Assembly: GCF_000143415.4 (NCBI RefSeq)
Contig: NW_003314261.1
Coordinates: 4,566,691-4,630,690, forward strand
DNA from: Selaginella moellendorffii
Taxonomy: Eukaryota; Plantae; Lycopodiophyta
Length of the DNA: 64,000 nucleotides
Direction of reading: 5' to 3'
Shown in pieces: positions 1 to 12,588 of the stretch. Position 1 is the first letter of the stretch; the number at the start of each line of letters is the position of its first letter. Both the position numbers and the translations under genes were made by a program. Below the pieces are notes generated by a model. That model worked only from the letters and a program-made list of their open reading frames with translations. It was not told the origin of the DNA and searched no databases.

Positions 1-1522
1 CCCATGGCGAAAGGCCTTGTAGAGTTTTACGGGGCGTTTTATTCGCCTGATAGCGGACAGATTAGCATAGCGTTGGAGTACATGGATGGAGGATCACTTG
101 CGGATATCGTGCGAAACAAGAAGTTTATTCCTGAGCCGATTCTGTCGGTCATCACACGAAAAGTTTTACAGGTAAAGCCTCACCTTTACGGTAAGCTTCG
201 CTTTTTCGCGTGCTCGCAATCAGTCACGAAAGTTGTGTGTTATTTTCCAGGGCTTGCAGTTTCTTCACGGAGTAAGACATCTAGTTCACCGAGACATTAA
301 ACCTGCAAACCTTCTAATCAATCTGATAGGTGAGCCGAAAATCACAGATTTTGGGATCAGTGCTGGCCTTGACAACTCCATTGCCATGGTATGCGTTCGC
401 ATCTTAGTGACCAAGCTCAAGCCTGCTTAATTTGCACTTTGCTTGGCAGTGTGCCACGTTTGTCGGCACGGTGACTTACATGTCTCCAGAGAGAATCAAC
501 AACGAGTGCTACTCGTACCCGGCGGATATCTGGAGTCTGGGACTTGCGTTGCTGGAGTGTGGTACTGGAGAGTTCCCTTACAACGCTAGCAAGGGCCCTG
601 TGAATCTGATGCTTCAAGTAAGGTTTTTGTCCTGGTAGCCGACACTACTCTCCTGTATGTTCTGATCTGTGTAAGTTGCTTACAGGTAATGTATGATCCG
701 TCTCCAGCCCCGCCTGCGGACAGATTCTCCTGCGAGTTTCGGTCGTTTGTGGAAGCATGCCTACGAAAAGATGCCGATACAAGGCCAACAGCAGAACAGG
801 TTGGAATTTATTTCGGCTCCCAGAGGTCCCCAGTTTTACATGTTCGTTTCTGCTGCAGCTTTTACAACACCCATTTATTAAGAAGTACGAGAACGCAGAT
901 GTTGACTTGGCTGGTTTTGTGCACAGTGTCTTCGATCCAACAGAGCGGTTGAAAGACCTGTCTGATGTAAGATGTTTTGTTTTCTCTCTTCCACTTGACT
1001 TACTGATCATTGAGACGCTGCAGATGCTTACGGTCCATTACTACATGCTGTTTGACGGTCCTGACTCGCTATGGCATCACATGAAGACTTTCTACCGCCA
1101 AAACTCGACTTTCTCGTGAGTTTGCTTTTCTCGTCTGCCGGTCCCCTTTAATTCCCTCCTTACGCAGGTTCGCGAACCAAACCGTCTGCGGTCTGGATCA
1201 AGTGTTCACGACGCTCACGGACATCCGCAACATGCTGGCCGGGGAGCGAGCCGAGGAGAGGCTCGTTCACGTCGTGGAGAACTTGCAGTGCTGCGCGTAC
1301 TCCAAGCGGGGCATCGTGATCCGGGTGTCCGGGGCCTTCGTGCTGGGGAGCCACTTCATTCCGACCAGCGACGGCATCCAAGTGGAGGGACTCCTGGCCA
1401 GCCCGTCCTTGGACGTCCAGAGCCGGCAGATGGGAACGTTTAGCGAGCAGTTTGTGATGGAGCCGGCCGAGCAACAAGGCTCCTTTTTCATCTCCAAGCA
1501 GGAGCTCTACATCCAGCAATAG
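1..1522 (+). CDS. MKK3: MAP kinase kinase, MKK3 type (kinase + C-terminal NTF2-like domain); multi-exon, 5' end outside the window
   Basis: Exons give [33 protein letters not shown]^[16 protein letters not shown] (S-x5-T activation loop), then an NTF2-like tail ending [12 protein letters not shown] (TAG 1520-1522); GT-AG introns between ORF pieces. Confidence 0.9.
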
Positions 1523-1883
1523 TGAAGAAACTATGGCTGCTGCTACAAGCGCTACACAGGCGGGACAGGGAAAACAAGCGCGATCAAATGAGCTCCAAGT
1601 CAATCAGCCACAGGGCATCTCACAGATTTGGGAAGAAGTTCTTAGCGAGAAGCCACAGAGACGACGGTGACGAAGAGGTTTCTTTCAAGTTATGGCAAAG
1701 CGATAGGAAGGAAATAATGCCGAGTTTTTTTTTTCTGTAAACTATGTTGTAAAGTATGGTGGAAGAAAGTGGTTTTGTTTATATCTTAAACTTTGGATTC
1801 TAAGCCTTTAAAGTAAAGTAGTTGTTAGGGTTTTTGGTTTTTGTTGGTAGCTAGGGCTGATCGAGAGCGCGCTACGCTTGGGA

Positions 1884-4137
1884 ATGAAGGAGCCCGTGGC
1901 TGTAAGGCAGATTTCTTCTTTCTCGCGTGATGACCGTGTGTGCGATCTCCATCAGGTGGCAAGAGCAGCGATTCCCGAGCGGCAGTCATCGAGATCGCCG
2001 TCGTCGCATCCTCCTCCCGCTTCATTCTCGGGCGCGCACGATGAATCCGCCGGCGCTCCCTCGCGGCATCTCTGGGTGGGGAACGTTGCCGTGGAGACAC
2101 CGGAGTCCGTGGTGCGCGACATGTTTGGGAAATTTGGAGAGCTGGACAGCGTCACGGTCTATCCCCAGCGGCAATACGCGTTTGTGAATTTTCGGAAGCA
2201 AGAGGACGCCGAGCGCGCCAAGGAGGGGCTGCACGGAGCACACATCGCGGGGCAGCCTTTGCGAATAGAATTCGCCAAAGGGGTGGGTTTCTCTTTTCCA
2301 GGCAGGGATTTCTCTCGATTCTCTCTAGTCTGTTCTTTAGAGTGGTGATTTTTCCTAGGCTGGTATTTCGTTTTTTTTGTGTGTGTGTGTGTGTGTGTGT
2401 GTTTGAGCTTGGTGCTGTGGATGATACTAAAGCTTGGGTGTTTTCTCATCTCCAGGCGAGGCCTAACAGGCATTTGGCTGTGGCTGGGATAGCTCTAAGC
2501 GTGACCAAGGAGATGCTAGAGGCGGAGTTCCAAAAGTATGGAGCCATCGAGGAGTTCAAGCTGTTGAAAGATAAGAGCTCTCTCATGGTGGACTACTTTA
2601 AAACTGATGATGCCATTGCTGCCGTGGAAGCGCTCAACGGGAAACGCTTCGGTGACGACGTCCTGCGCGTAGATTATCGCTCTCTTGCTTCGAAACGGGT
2701 ACTTTGATCTTGTTGTCGCGCTACATCTGACGGTTCCTTTCATGCAGGGTCCTGCCTCGGGACCGTCAGCTCCCAGCTCCGCTCCGCGAGGTGGCGGCGG
2801 CAACAAGGACGATACTCCCAGCGAGGTTTTGTGGATCGGCCTCCCAGCCAACGCCAAGTTCGACGAGGAGACGCTCCACAGGTTGTTTCTTCCCTACGGC
2901 GAGGTCGACCGGGTAAAACTGTTCGCGTCGCGAAGTTACTGCTTTGTAGAGTTTCGCTCAGTCAAAGAGGCGGCTCTGGCCAAGAACGCTCTTTCAGGGA
3001 AACCGATCAATGGACACCGGCTCCACATAGAGTTTTCCACCAGTGAAGTAGGCCCCGTGGATGGGAAAGACGGTGCCTCGGAGCCGAACGAGGCCATCGC
3101 CAAGAAGTCGAGAGTGTCGCCTGCCGAGCAGAGTGGACCCCGTCTTGGCTCGCCGTTTCTTCCCGTCCAAGGCCCGGACAGCTGGGGATGGCACGGAGTC
3201 ATCGCAAAAGGTGGCACTGTTGTCTGCCAAGCTCGTGGATTTCTAGCCAGCGGCAAAGTCGAGACACTCCTGATGTAAGTTCTCTGGTTTCCTCTTTTCC
3301 TTTCTCCTTGCTCATGAAAGCTGGTTTTGCTTTGCTTGCAGACCCGAGGTCGTAAACTGCACGTCTCGCACGGACTTGGACAGGCTCGCGGACCACATCT
3401 ATCCCACCGCCGAGTTTCCAGTCGTCTTGTTCATGCCGGCGCGGGACGTGGACCTGATGGCTTACCACGACTTCCTGCGCTACCTCCGAGAGAACCACCG
3501 GGCGGGAGTCGTCAAGCTGGGCGACGCCACGAACCTCTTCCTCGTGCCGCCGTCGCCCTTCGCGGAGAAGGTCCTCAAGGTGACGCGGAGCGACTGCATC
3601 ATCGGGATGGTGTTGAACTTCCGGAGCCAGTACCACCATCACGTCCAACTCCAGCAGCAGCAGCAGCAGCACCATCACCACCAACAAAAGCAGGATCACT
3701 TCCAAACTTCCCAGCCGCCGCCACCGGCAAACTTGCCTCCGGAGCTCCTGGCATGGTCGATGTTTCCCCCGGCGACTAGCACCGCTCCCAGTGCCATGGC
3801 CGCTCCTCTAAGCGTGACTGGCGCTGCTGCCCCGGCTCCTGTGGCTGCTCCTCCTGGATTCTCCTGGCCGGGACCGGGAGATCAGCAGCAGCAGCAGCAG
3901 AGCGTGGTCGTGTCACAGCAGCAGCCAAATGCTGTCGTTGCCCCTCAGCTTCCAATCGAGCAGCTTGCGCAGCTGACTTCGTTGCTCCAGCAAACATCGT
4001 CGCAGCAAGCGCAGGCACAGCAACCGGCGTGGGCGCCAAGTGCCGCGATTGCGCAGTTCCACCAGGGAGACCCCGAGCAGTTCCAGAGGACCCTGGCTCT
4101 CGCGGCGCAGATGCTCGAGGCCCGGAAAAAGCAGTGA
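1884..4137 (+). CDS. FPA: FPA-like RNA-binding protein (3 RRM + SPOC domain + Gln-rich tail), multi-exon
   Basis: RRMs (PSRHLWVGNV...YAFVNF; RHLAVAGI; SEVLWIGLP...YCFVEF), SPOC start WHGVIAKGGTVVCQAR and RAGVVKLGDATNLFLVPPSPF, poly-Q C-terminus, TGA at 4135-4137. Confidence 0.82.
2379..2402. repeat. (GT)n microsatellite in FPA-like intron 1
   Basis: gtgtgtgt... run directly visible. Confidence 0.9.
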
Positions 4138-4266
4138 AAAACGTAGGCAGCGGCTGTGTACAGTTAGAAAGCAATTGGAGTACAGAAGAGATTCTTGTAA
4201 AACGAACTTTCCAGTGAAATCCTTTTTACTTACTTTCTTCCGTTAAACCTTGAAGCTTGGAGTTAC

Positions 4267-4611
4267 ATGATTCAAAGAGATTTTTGTGTTTTGATAGATG
4301 TCATCTTTAATGGAAAGGTTAATGAGATCTTGAAGCGTTTCAATATAACAGGAGATGTTAAGACCGCAGTGCTTCATGTCATGGAGAGGACTAGCAAGGA
4401 TTACAAGGATTCTGTTATCATGTTTCTGGTGTGGGATGAGGCTCGACTGCCAAAAGTTGCTGGTCCAGATCATAACAAAGCAGAAATAGTGGCAACAATA
4501 TTTGATGCTCGTGGCTGCGCAGCCTTGCCTGCTTGTGGGGATCAGGCTTTTCGTTTTGGAGAGCTGGAGGATGATGATGCATTTTGTGCCAAGGTATCAT
4601 TTAAATTATAA
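4267..4611 (+). other. Unassigned 114-aa ORF between convergent genes
   Basis: Uninterrupted ORF with globular-looking composition; no motif recognised. Confidence 0.25.
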
Positions 4612-4787
4612 AATTTATATAACCTTGAAAATGTCTTTCTTGATAGGAAATTTTGGCTGCTTTTCATTCATTCCAGATGTTTTATTAAGGTGACGAGTTC
4701 AGGTATGAAATGTTTTTTTAATTCTAAAATTTGAGTTCTCACGCACTGACCAAACCAAAAAAAAAAACTGTTTATAAATAAACTTGA

Positions 4788-6864
4788 TTATAAACAAGTA
4801 ATGCAGGACAGATTTCGTAAAACACGGAGCTCTCCAGTCAGGATGTTTCTCAATATTGATTTCCTTGATAGAGGGATTTCACGATCGTCGTCGAGATCCT
4901 GCCCACCAATGGGTCAAGGGAGATGTAATAGAAACAAAGCGATCAAACCTTTAGAGCTTTAGAGTGTTGATCAACTTGCTGCTTAATCTGTGTGCACACA
5001 AAAGAAACGGCCTCGGATTCCTTGCGCTCGTCACGCCTTGGTGAAAGCGCATAGAAAACGTCGTGTGTAATCGATTCCTCGGCCATCTCTTCCAAGTCTG
5101 AAATCCAGAGTTTAGTTTCAGACAAAAGAGATTGACGTGTCATGAACCTTCGTAAGATTCCGCACATATAAGCCGAGCAAAAGCACGGAGCGGAGCCACC
5201 GCCATAGAGCCGCGCTCAGCTAGATCACTATCCCTGTTAAAAACATAAGAAAAGTAAGAAGGAACATTTCTTACTCATCACCTGAAAGTGAAACGCTTTC
5301 TTCCACTCGGAGAACCATCGTCATTCAAGTCTGTGCTCATATTATGTCGCGATAGAGTCTGAAGTTTCAAATCTCGGAGTGGATCTGTTAGTGAAACACC
5401 CATCGGTACCTCCACCTACAAATGAAAAAGAGAAGAAAAAACCAATGTCAAAGAACAAGCTTGAACAAGAGAACCTGTTCGTGGGGATTGGATGCCACAG
5501 CAAAGCCGTAATCAACAGCAAGGATGGAGTTTGGAGTGGAACCATAGCTGAGAAATATCTGCCAGCAAATTAGACAATGTAAAAGAAAGAAGCAATAAAC
5601 TTTACTTCATCACCAGCTTTGTAGTCTTGATCTGCTACTGCCTGCCGATGGAACGAAAAAGAAGAATAAAAAGAGAGAAAGATCTTAGCTAGCAAACAAT
5701 GCGCTTGCAGATAAGCTTACCACCGCACAATCCTTTTCCTTGTCGTAGGAGAGCCGTGTTTGACAATTATGATCGTGGTTGAAAAAATCCGCGAATGGAA
5801 TCTGGTCTACCAGGTTGAGCCAAAGCAATTGCCGTTACTGCCTACCATTGACATTGTCAAGTCTCCTTCTCGGCTTTCCCAGGAACGTGAAGAAACTACA
5901 TTGCTGCCATCAATTCCTTTGGCATTGAATTCTCATTTTTCTCCATACCAGTTGAGTAAGCGTGCATGAAGTCTGTGAGCGAGACCTCGCCAAGCACATC
6001 ACGACACCATGGGAATACCTGTTTATTGGCCAGTGTCAGTAGCTGCCGAGAAATAAAAAGAAGCAATGACGTTTGCTTCAAGGACGTGAAATTCCGACTT
6101 GATGATTTTCAAGCACTCCATCGTCTCGCGATAAGTTGGACTGTGCTTGAGCCAGGCTAGCTCCTCATCCTTCCAAAACATCTACACACACGTAAGCAAA
6201 ATAATTTACAAGGTATAAAGATGGAGTGGAGGAATCCACCTTACCGTGCTTTCGATATCACCAAGTTGAGGCAAGCATCGAAGATAAGGAGCCCACTGCG
6301 ATTCCTGATTGGACAGAACCAATGCTATTCATGATAAAAAGCAAGAGAAGGTACCTGAGCTTTGTGTTTTTCGGATAGAAGGAAAAGAGACAGCCGAGTC
6401 TTTGGGTTGCTTGTGCTCAGAAGGTGGCTCACTTGCGAGGGTACGTTCTCTGGAGTGATAATCTACAGTGACATCTACAAGCTTGTTACAAAGAAGAGAG
6501 AAGAAAAAAAATAAGAGACCAAGATACTCACGGCAATGCGGGGTATTTCGAGAAAACGTGATCCAGCAGGAACTCTACGAGTGGCAAACAATGCCCTTGG
6601 TATCCAAAGAACGATCTTAGAAAGAAAGAAAAAAAAAATGATCAGTGCTAACCTTCCATACTGTGACATTCCAATTGTCACCGCGGTGTTCTTGCCTAAT
6701 CCACCTCGCTTATTGAGCCACGCCAGGAAATCCTTCCATTCCGGGCACTGGAGATCTAATCTGATGAGAAATCACAAATGCCGCTGGCATACCTGACGAT
6801 CGCCTGGAGAAAAAGACGCTGTGAAGGAGCGAGCGCCAGTGATCCGCCTGGAAGAAGCTCGCAT
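4788..6864 (-). CDS. SET-domain protein, Rubisco LSMT-like class, multi-exon
   Basis: Spliced reading MRASSRR...GDRQ^CPEWKDFLAWL...IGMSQYGR^ALFATRRVPAG, WAPYLRCLP, DFFNHD, FLSYG...YGF, ending GELRVLRNLSCITCL* (TAA 4788-4790). Confidence 0.8.
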
Positions 6865-6871
6865 TCCCCCA

Positions 6872-6879
6872 TAGGGTTT
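6872..6879. promoter_or_regulatory. Telo-box (AAACCCTA) between the divergent SET and MOC1 start codons
   Basis: tagggttt at 6872-6879, followed by a partial second copy. Confidence 0.5.
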
Positions 6880-6886
6880 AGGGCTT

Positions 6887-8016
6887 ATGATGCGAGCAGT
6901 GGCAAGGCTGTGGTGTGGGCAATGCGGCAAGGGATTAGGGTTTGTCCGGCTCGCAGCCACCGCGGCGAGCTCGCAAAGCTCGGGTAATGTCGATTGCTCC
7001 ACGAAATCTCCCCTCAAGAAGAAGGCGCCCGTGGCTACGAGGACGAAGAAGCCGAGCAAGAAGGTCATAGCCGAGATTTCCAGGAAGAACTGGCTGGATT
7101 CCCTGACATTACCGCTTGGGGACGAGGGGGATGTCGATGCCGAGTGTGACGCAGAGGTTTTGGCGATCTCGGCGTCATCGGTCCCAGTGGATAATGCGCT
7201 TGTGATTGGCATCGACCCGGATTTCAAAGGCGCATTGGCTGTTCTACGTTTGGAAGATGATCGATTCATACCCGAGGTATGATCCTTTCCTTGTGCCTTC
7301 CTTCTAATGGCTACTGGCGCAGTGAAGGTGTTTGATGTTCCAACGCTCAAAGTCGCCATTGGAGGAACTATGCGGCTTCGTCCAGACGCCAAAGCCATTG
7401 TCAACCTCTTGAAGACGATCAACGCTCCTCACGGTAGAAACGATGGGCTTTTCGTGAAAGTTTCTCATGAACTATTGCGTTGGGTGTTCTAGGCTCGGTG
7501 GCTTACGTCGAGAATTCGTTGCCACATAGCACGGATGGAAAACAGGTAAGAAGATCGCACCACTTCTTCTTTTGTTCTATGCTCACGAAAGCTCTTTCAG
7601 TCATGGTGGAGTTCCGGCTTTGGCTTTGGAATGTGGACCGGTACTTTACTTGCGTCTGGCATCTCTGTGGTGCCCGTGTCTCCCAGAGCCTGGAAAACTG
7701 CCATGGGCCTCTCCTCCAGCAAGGTACTCTAGAGCCTTTGTTTTGTGGAAGAAGGATCTCTCTTCCCATTTCCGACTTGGAAAAACTTTTGCCACACGCC
7801 AGGACGAGAGCCGCCTAGTTGCGTCGAGCTGTTTCCCAGCCATCGCCTCACAACTCACGAGGAAAAAAGACCATGGTTTGTTCCCGCGAAAGTACGGCTT
7901 GGCTTACAGTTTTTGACTCGTGCACAGGCCGAGCCGAGGCGCTTTTGCTTGCAGCGTTTGGAAGGGGCCTGACACCGCAATCCGAGTGGGGGCAAACAGT
8001 GGCAAAGTCAGTCTAG
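6887..8016 (+). CDS. MOC1: Holliday junction resolvase MOC1-like (RuvC-like, probably plastid-targeted), multi-exon
   Basis: VIGIDPDFKGALAVL, VFDVP, VAYVENSLP, WWSSGFGFGMW, DESRLVAS, RKKDHG^RAEALLLAAFG; basic, Ser-rich N-terminal extension. Confidence 0.88.
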
Positions 8017-9056
8017 AACACTCGCAACAGGACACACGACTCGCACACGCACGCAAACATTGGTAAAAGAGATAGAAAACTATTTCTCTTTGGTTCTATT
8101 CAACGTTTGAGTTTGACAAAGCCTCCTTCCAGGTTGGTTTGACAAAGACGCCTGTTCCGGAAAACAAATGCCCCGCACAGCTCCTCCGGGGCCAGCCAAG
8201 AAAAGTATAAACTACAACGCTTCTCGCACTGTTCACCACTATTGTACTTTCAGGTGACGCATTCGCCATCGCCATAGCAGTAGATCGAAGAGCATCGCTG
8301 GCTGGATTCCTGCTTTGATCCCCGGCGATTGAGAAGCAAATCGCGACGAGAGAGAACCGGGGACCGAGACAACGAACTTGTTCGAAGCTTCCAGTCCCGG
8401 CAAGCAAGTGTCTCTTACTTATCTCTCACTCATCGCTTTCATTGTTTAAGCGCTTCCAGACAAAAGCGACGACCACGACCATGACTAGCTATTCCATCGA
8501 TCGGTCTATCGCCCCGCCACTCTCGAGATTTTTTGGAGCTAGATTGGACTGGTGACTGATCGATCTTAAGAAGTAAAACCCATAACCACGATTCCATGGT
8601 CTTGGTTTAAATTTCAGCCGTTGGATCGCGTCCAAATGGGGCTACAATGGCCGTTGGATGTGGAGCGGCGATGGATTGAATGGTGGGTGTAGTCGAGAAT
8701 TAGGGCAGCCGCGAAGGAACAAGGCAGCGCAATTGGCGACAATGCGGCCAGGGATTCCGTGGTAATGATTCGCTTTTGGACAACAAAGTGGTGTATGACC
8801 GGATCGATTGTCTCCGCTCCCTCCTCTTTATGCTAGTGGAGTCTGAATTTTTGGAGCGTCCACTCAATCCATTCCTTCTCTCCTTCTTCCTCTTTGTCTC
8901 CCCTTTTACTTTCCTCTCGATCGATGATCCATTCGCTTCCGTGTGAGAGAGAGAGGATGATCCTTCTTCCACCAGCGATCTAGGGCCCGGATCGCACGGG
9001 TGAAGGGCTAGTGACGGGCAGCGTGACGGGCACCGACGACTTGCGCTCTTCCACAC

Positions 9057-9087
9057 CTCTCTCTCTCTCTCTCTCTCTCTTCCTCTC
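9057..9087. repeat. (CT)n tract upstream of the receptor kinase
   Basis: ctctctctct... run. Confidence 0.85.
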
Positions 9088-9358
9088 TTTTATAATTCTC
9101 AGTCTTCCAGAGTAACTATTCCTGCGAGGCCAGCGATCGACGGAACAGGGGCCGCGGAAGCGTGTTCATATTGCGAGTGAGCTCCTAGATCATGCGCTTC
9201 TTCTCTTCCCGGTTGATCGCCTCCGGCATCGCCAGAGCGTGCTCGCGGTAAGCATTCCAGTAGGTGATCTCTCTTCTCTTCTCTGAGATGGGTATTTCGT
9301 TCTAAGGCCAGTGATCCAGCGATTCCTTTGATGATGCTAAGAAGAAGAAGTAGCGGCC

Positions 9359-12300
9359 ATGTCTCTCTCCAATTTGCTGCTGGGTTTGTTTCTACTCGTC
9401 TTTCTCGCAACATCTCGGTCGCAGTGCCCCACGAATCCATCCGGGATCGCCAACGACACACAGACTCTGCTCTCTCTCGGTGACAGGCTTGGCATCAAAG
9501 CGTGGAACGAGACCGCCAATCCAAGAGCATGGCGCGGTGTGGAGTGGAGCTCGGACAACCGAGTGGAGGGCCTCAATATGTCCAGGTTAAATCTCTCGGG
9601 AGTTCTTCCTTCCATCTGGGCCGAGCTTCCATCGCTGGCTCGCTTGGACCTCTCGCAAAACAACATCTTCTCGCTGGAGGTGGCTGGTTGCAAGAACACG
9701 CAGCTCAAGCTCCTCAACTTGAGCTCCAATTCTCTGCAAGAGGTCCCGGCAAACCTCTCCAGCCTCGAGAGCTTGGAAAGCTTGGACCTCAGTGGGAACT
9801 TCTTGGGAGTGGCTGGAGTTCCAAAGTTTAGCTCCACGCTGCGATCGCTCAACCTGTCCATCAACAACTTGACTGGGAGCGTCTCCATCGGTGGTAACCT
9901 GGGACTGGAGGCACTGGAGCTCTCGCACAACGGATTCAGCGGCTCCATTCCAGAGACTTTCGGGGAGATGACGAACTTGACGCGCCTGGACATATCGTAT
10001 AACAGGTTTACCGGAGATCTACCCGATATCTGGAGCAAGAACTTGGAGCTCAGGTACTTGGATATCTCCAACAATTCGCTCCAGGGCGGTTTGCCACCGA
10101 GCTTGCGAAGGCTACGCAAGCTCTCGGTTTTAAGCGCTAGATCCAACTTTCTCTCCGGGCCACTGGAGCTGGAAGATGGCGACTTTGCGAGCATCGAGAC
10201 TTTGCACCTCTTCCAAAACTTGTTTAACGGGACGGTACCAGCGAGGGTGGGAAGCTTGACGAACTTGAGGATGCTGGTTCTCACGCAGAATCGTTTCAGT
10301 GGCGCTATACCTCCGGAGCTAGGAAACTGCTCGAACATCAGAGAGATATGGCTCAACGGCAATGACTTGACTGGAACCATCCCAGGCGAGCTCTCGAAGC
10401 TGTCGCATCTCCAGCAGCTAGTTCTCAATGGCAACGACATCGGTGGAGAGCTCCCTTCCGGACTCTCCAACTGCACGGAGCTGGTCGTTCTCTGGCTGGA
10501 GCAGAACAAGTTTTCTGGAAATCTCCCGGACAGCTTCGCGAACTTGAGCCGCCTGCTCATTCTCTCGCTCTCCGGCAATGATCTCGTCGGTTCCATCCCG
10601 GCCTCCTACGGCAAGATGAGCTCGCTGATCGGCCTCGACGTTGGATCGAACAGCCTCTCTGGAGAAGTCCCGGCCATGCTGCAAAACGTCTCGACTTTGC
10701 AGTTCCTCTTCCTCTCAAACAACAGCTTCAGCGGCTCCATCCCGGACTGGCTTCCCCGACTCAGGAACTTACGAGCCATGGACTTCTCGCTTAACAGGTT
10801 CTCAGGCGAGATACCGGCAAGCATCGGCCGACTGTTCGCCAACGTCCAGCTCTACAACATGACCAACACCACCCCGCTGGTTCACGCGCAAAGCCTCGTC
10901 TACAGTGGCTTCGCCTTCCCGACAACCATAGACTTCTCCTCCAACCAGCTGAGTGGAAGCATTCCAGCGACCATCGGCGACCTCCACAACCTCCAGGTGC
11001 TGGACTTGAGCCACAACCAGCTAACCGGTCCCATTCCCGATTCCCTGGGAAACGCGAAGAACCTCTCCAGGGTGACGCTCGCGAGCAATCGTCTCAATGG
11101 CTCCATACCATCGTCCGTGGCGGACCTCTCGTTTCTCACCGTCTTCGACGTCTCCAACAACAGCCTGGTGGGACGGATACCTTACAGCCCGCAACTCTCG
11201 TCCATGGACGTGGCTCTCTTCGCGGGAAACCATCTCTGTGGCGCGCCTGTGGCAAACTGCTCGAGCAGTGCTGCGCCGCCGGGTGGAATCCAGTCCAGAG
11301 GTGGCGAGCTAGAATCTCAAGAGGCGACGAGGAGAAAGACGCTCATACCGATCGTCATCGCCATCTTTGCGGCGGCCTTCTTCTGCGTCTTCCTGGCCAT
11401 GTACTTCGCGCTCGCTCGTCGGCGGCACAAGCTGTACTCCAACACCGACCGGGACAACGCCAGCTTCTCGCTCGCCTTCTGCGAGAAGCTCCCCGAGCAG
11501 ATCTCCGCGCGCAAGCTGGCGGCCGCCACAGACAACTTCAGCGGGGACAACGTCGTCGGGGACGGCGGCTTCGGCGTCGTGTACCGCGCAGTGCTGGAAA
11601 ACGGCCAGGTGGTGGCCGTGAAGAAGCTCTCGTCGTGCGGCCTCCAGGGGGACCGCGAGTTCCGCGCCGAGCTCCAGACGCTGGGCGAGCTCAAGCACAA
11701 GAACCTGGTGCCGCTGCTGGGCTACTGCTCCGACAACAACGATCGCCTCCTCATCTACAAGTACCTCAAGAACGGCAGCGTCGACACTTGGCTCTACTGC
11801 CGCGAGCCCGGGATGAAGCCGCTCGACTGGCCGACGAGGCTGAGGATCGCCCGCGGCGCGGCGCAGGGGATCGCGTACTTGCATCAAGGTTGCGAGCAGC
11901 GGCACGCGATCATCCACCGGGATATCAAAGTGAGCAACATACTCCTGGACGAAGAGTTTGAGGCTCACGTCGCGGACTTCGGGCTGGCGAGGCTGGTGAA
12001 CGCTGGAGAGACGCATGTAAGCACGGACGTGGCGGGAACCATCGGCTACATCCCACCGGAGTACAGCCACAAGTGCTTCGCGACGCCCAAGGGGGACGTG
12101 TACAGCTTTGGGGTGGTGTGCCTGGAGATGCTCACGGCGAAGAGGCCGACGGACCAATTCTTCCGGAAGAACACCGGGCTGGTGGCGTGGGTCTTGGGGT
12201 TGAGGAGTGGGGAGGAGAAGAGGATGGCGCTGGACGAGTGCTTGCGGGAGCGGTGTGAGCATGGCGCGGAGTTTGATCAGATGGTGGAGATGATGAGGAT

Positions 12301-12529
12301 CGCTTGCTGGTGCTGTAGAGACGCTCCATCGAAGCGTCCTAGCATGCAGGAGGTGGCGAGCTTGTTGGAGCGGCTAGAGAAGCGCGTGGTTCTTGGTGGT
12401 GGTGGTGGTGGTGGATCGCCGACGCCGCTGCTCGAGAGGGATCGAGATGGGAGGAGCAGCAGCACCAGCAGTAGCAGCAGCGCTCCAGTCGATGATCCTT
12501 GCGTGGTTGAGCTCACAACCACGGTATAG
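9359..12529 (+). CDS. Intronless LRR receptor-like kinase, PSKR/EMS1/BRI1-related (LRR-X-like)
   Basis: 1056 aa: signal peptide, about 20 plant LRRs with an island-like insert (...SLVYSGFAFPTTIDFS), TM IPIVIAIFAAAFFCVFLAMYFAL, RD kinase (GDGGFGVVY, VAVKKL, HRDIKVSNILLD, DFGLAR, GTIGYIPPEY). Confidence 0.93.
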   Translation: MSLSNLLLGLFLLVFLATSRSQCPTNPSGIANDTQTLLSLGDRLGIKAWNETANPRAWRGVEWSSDNRVEGLNMSRLNLSGVLPSIWAELPSLARLDLSQNNIFSLEVAGCKNTQLKLLNLSSNSLQEVPANLSSLESLESLDLSGNFLGVAGVPKFSSTLRSLNLSINNLTGSVSIGGNLGLEALELSHNGFSGSIPETFGEMTNLTRLDISYNRFTGDLPDIWSKNLELRYLDISNNSLQGGLPPSLRRLRKLSVLSARSNFLSGPLELEDGDFASIETLHLFQNLFNGTVPARVGSLTNLRMLVLTQNRFSGAIPPELGNCSNIREIWLNGNDLTGTIPGELSKLSHLQQLVLNGNDIGGELPSGLSNCTELVVLWLEQNKFSGNLPDSFANLSRLLILSLSGNDLVGSIPASYGKMSSLIGLDVGSNSLSGEVPAMLQNVSTLQFLFLSNNSFSGSIPDWLPRLRNLRAMDFSLNRFSGEIPASIGRLFANVQLYNMTNTTPLVHAQSLVYSGFAFPTTIDFSSNQLSGSIPATIGDLHNLQVLDLSHNQLTGPIPDSLGNAKNLSRVTLASNRLNGSIPSSVADLSFLTVFDVSNNSLVGRIPYSPQLSSMDVALFAGNHLCGAPVANCSSSAAPPGGIQSRGGELESQEATRRKTLIPIVIAIFAAAFFCVFLAMYFALARRRHKLYSNTDRDNASFSLAFCEKLPEQISARKLAAATDNFSGDNVVGDGGFGVVYRAVLENGQVVAVKKLSSCGLQGDREFRAELQTLGELKHKNLVPLLGYCSDNNDRLLIYKYLKNGSVDTWLYCREPGMKPLDWPTRLRIARGAAQGIAYLHQGCEQRHAIIHRDIKVSNILLDEEFEAHVADFGLARLVNAGETHVSTDVAGTIGYIPPEYSHKCFATPKGDVYSFGVVCLEMLTAKRPTDQFFRKNTGLVAWVLGLRSGEEKRMALDECLRERCEHGAEFDQMVEMMRIACWCCRDAPSKRPSMQEVASLLERLEKRVVLGGGGGGGSPTPLLERDRDGRSSSTSSSSSAPVDDPCVVELTTTV

Positions 12530-12588
12530 TGTAAACTTTTACTCGAGAAAGGAAAGCTTACAACAAACGTGCCAATGGTGGCCGGGCG

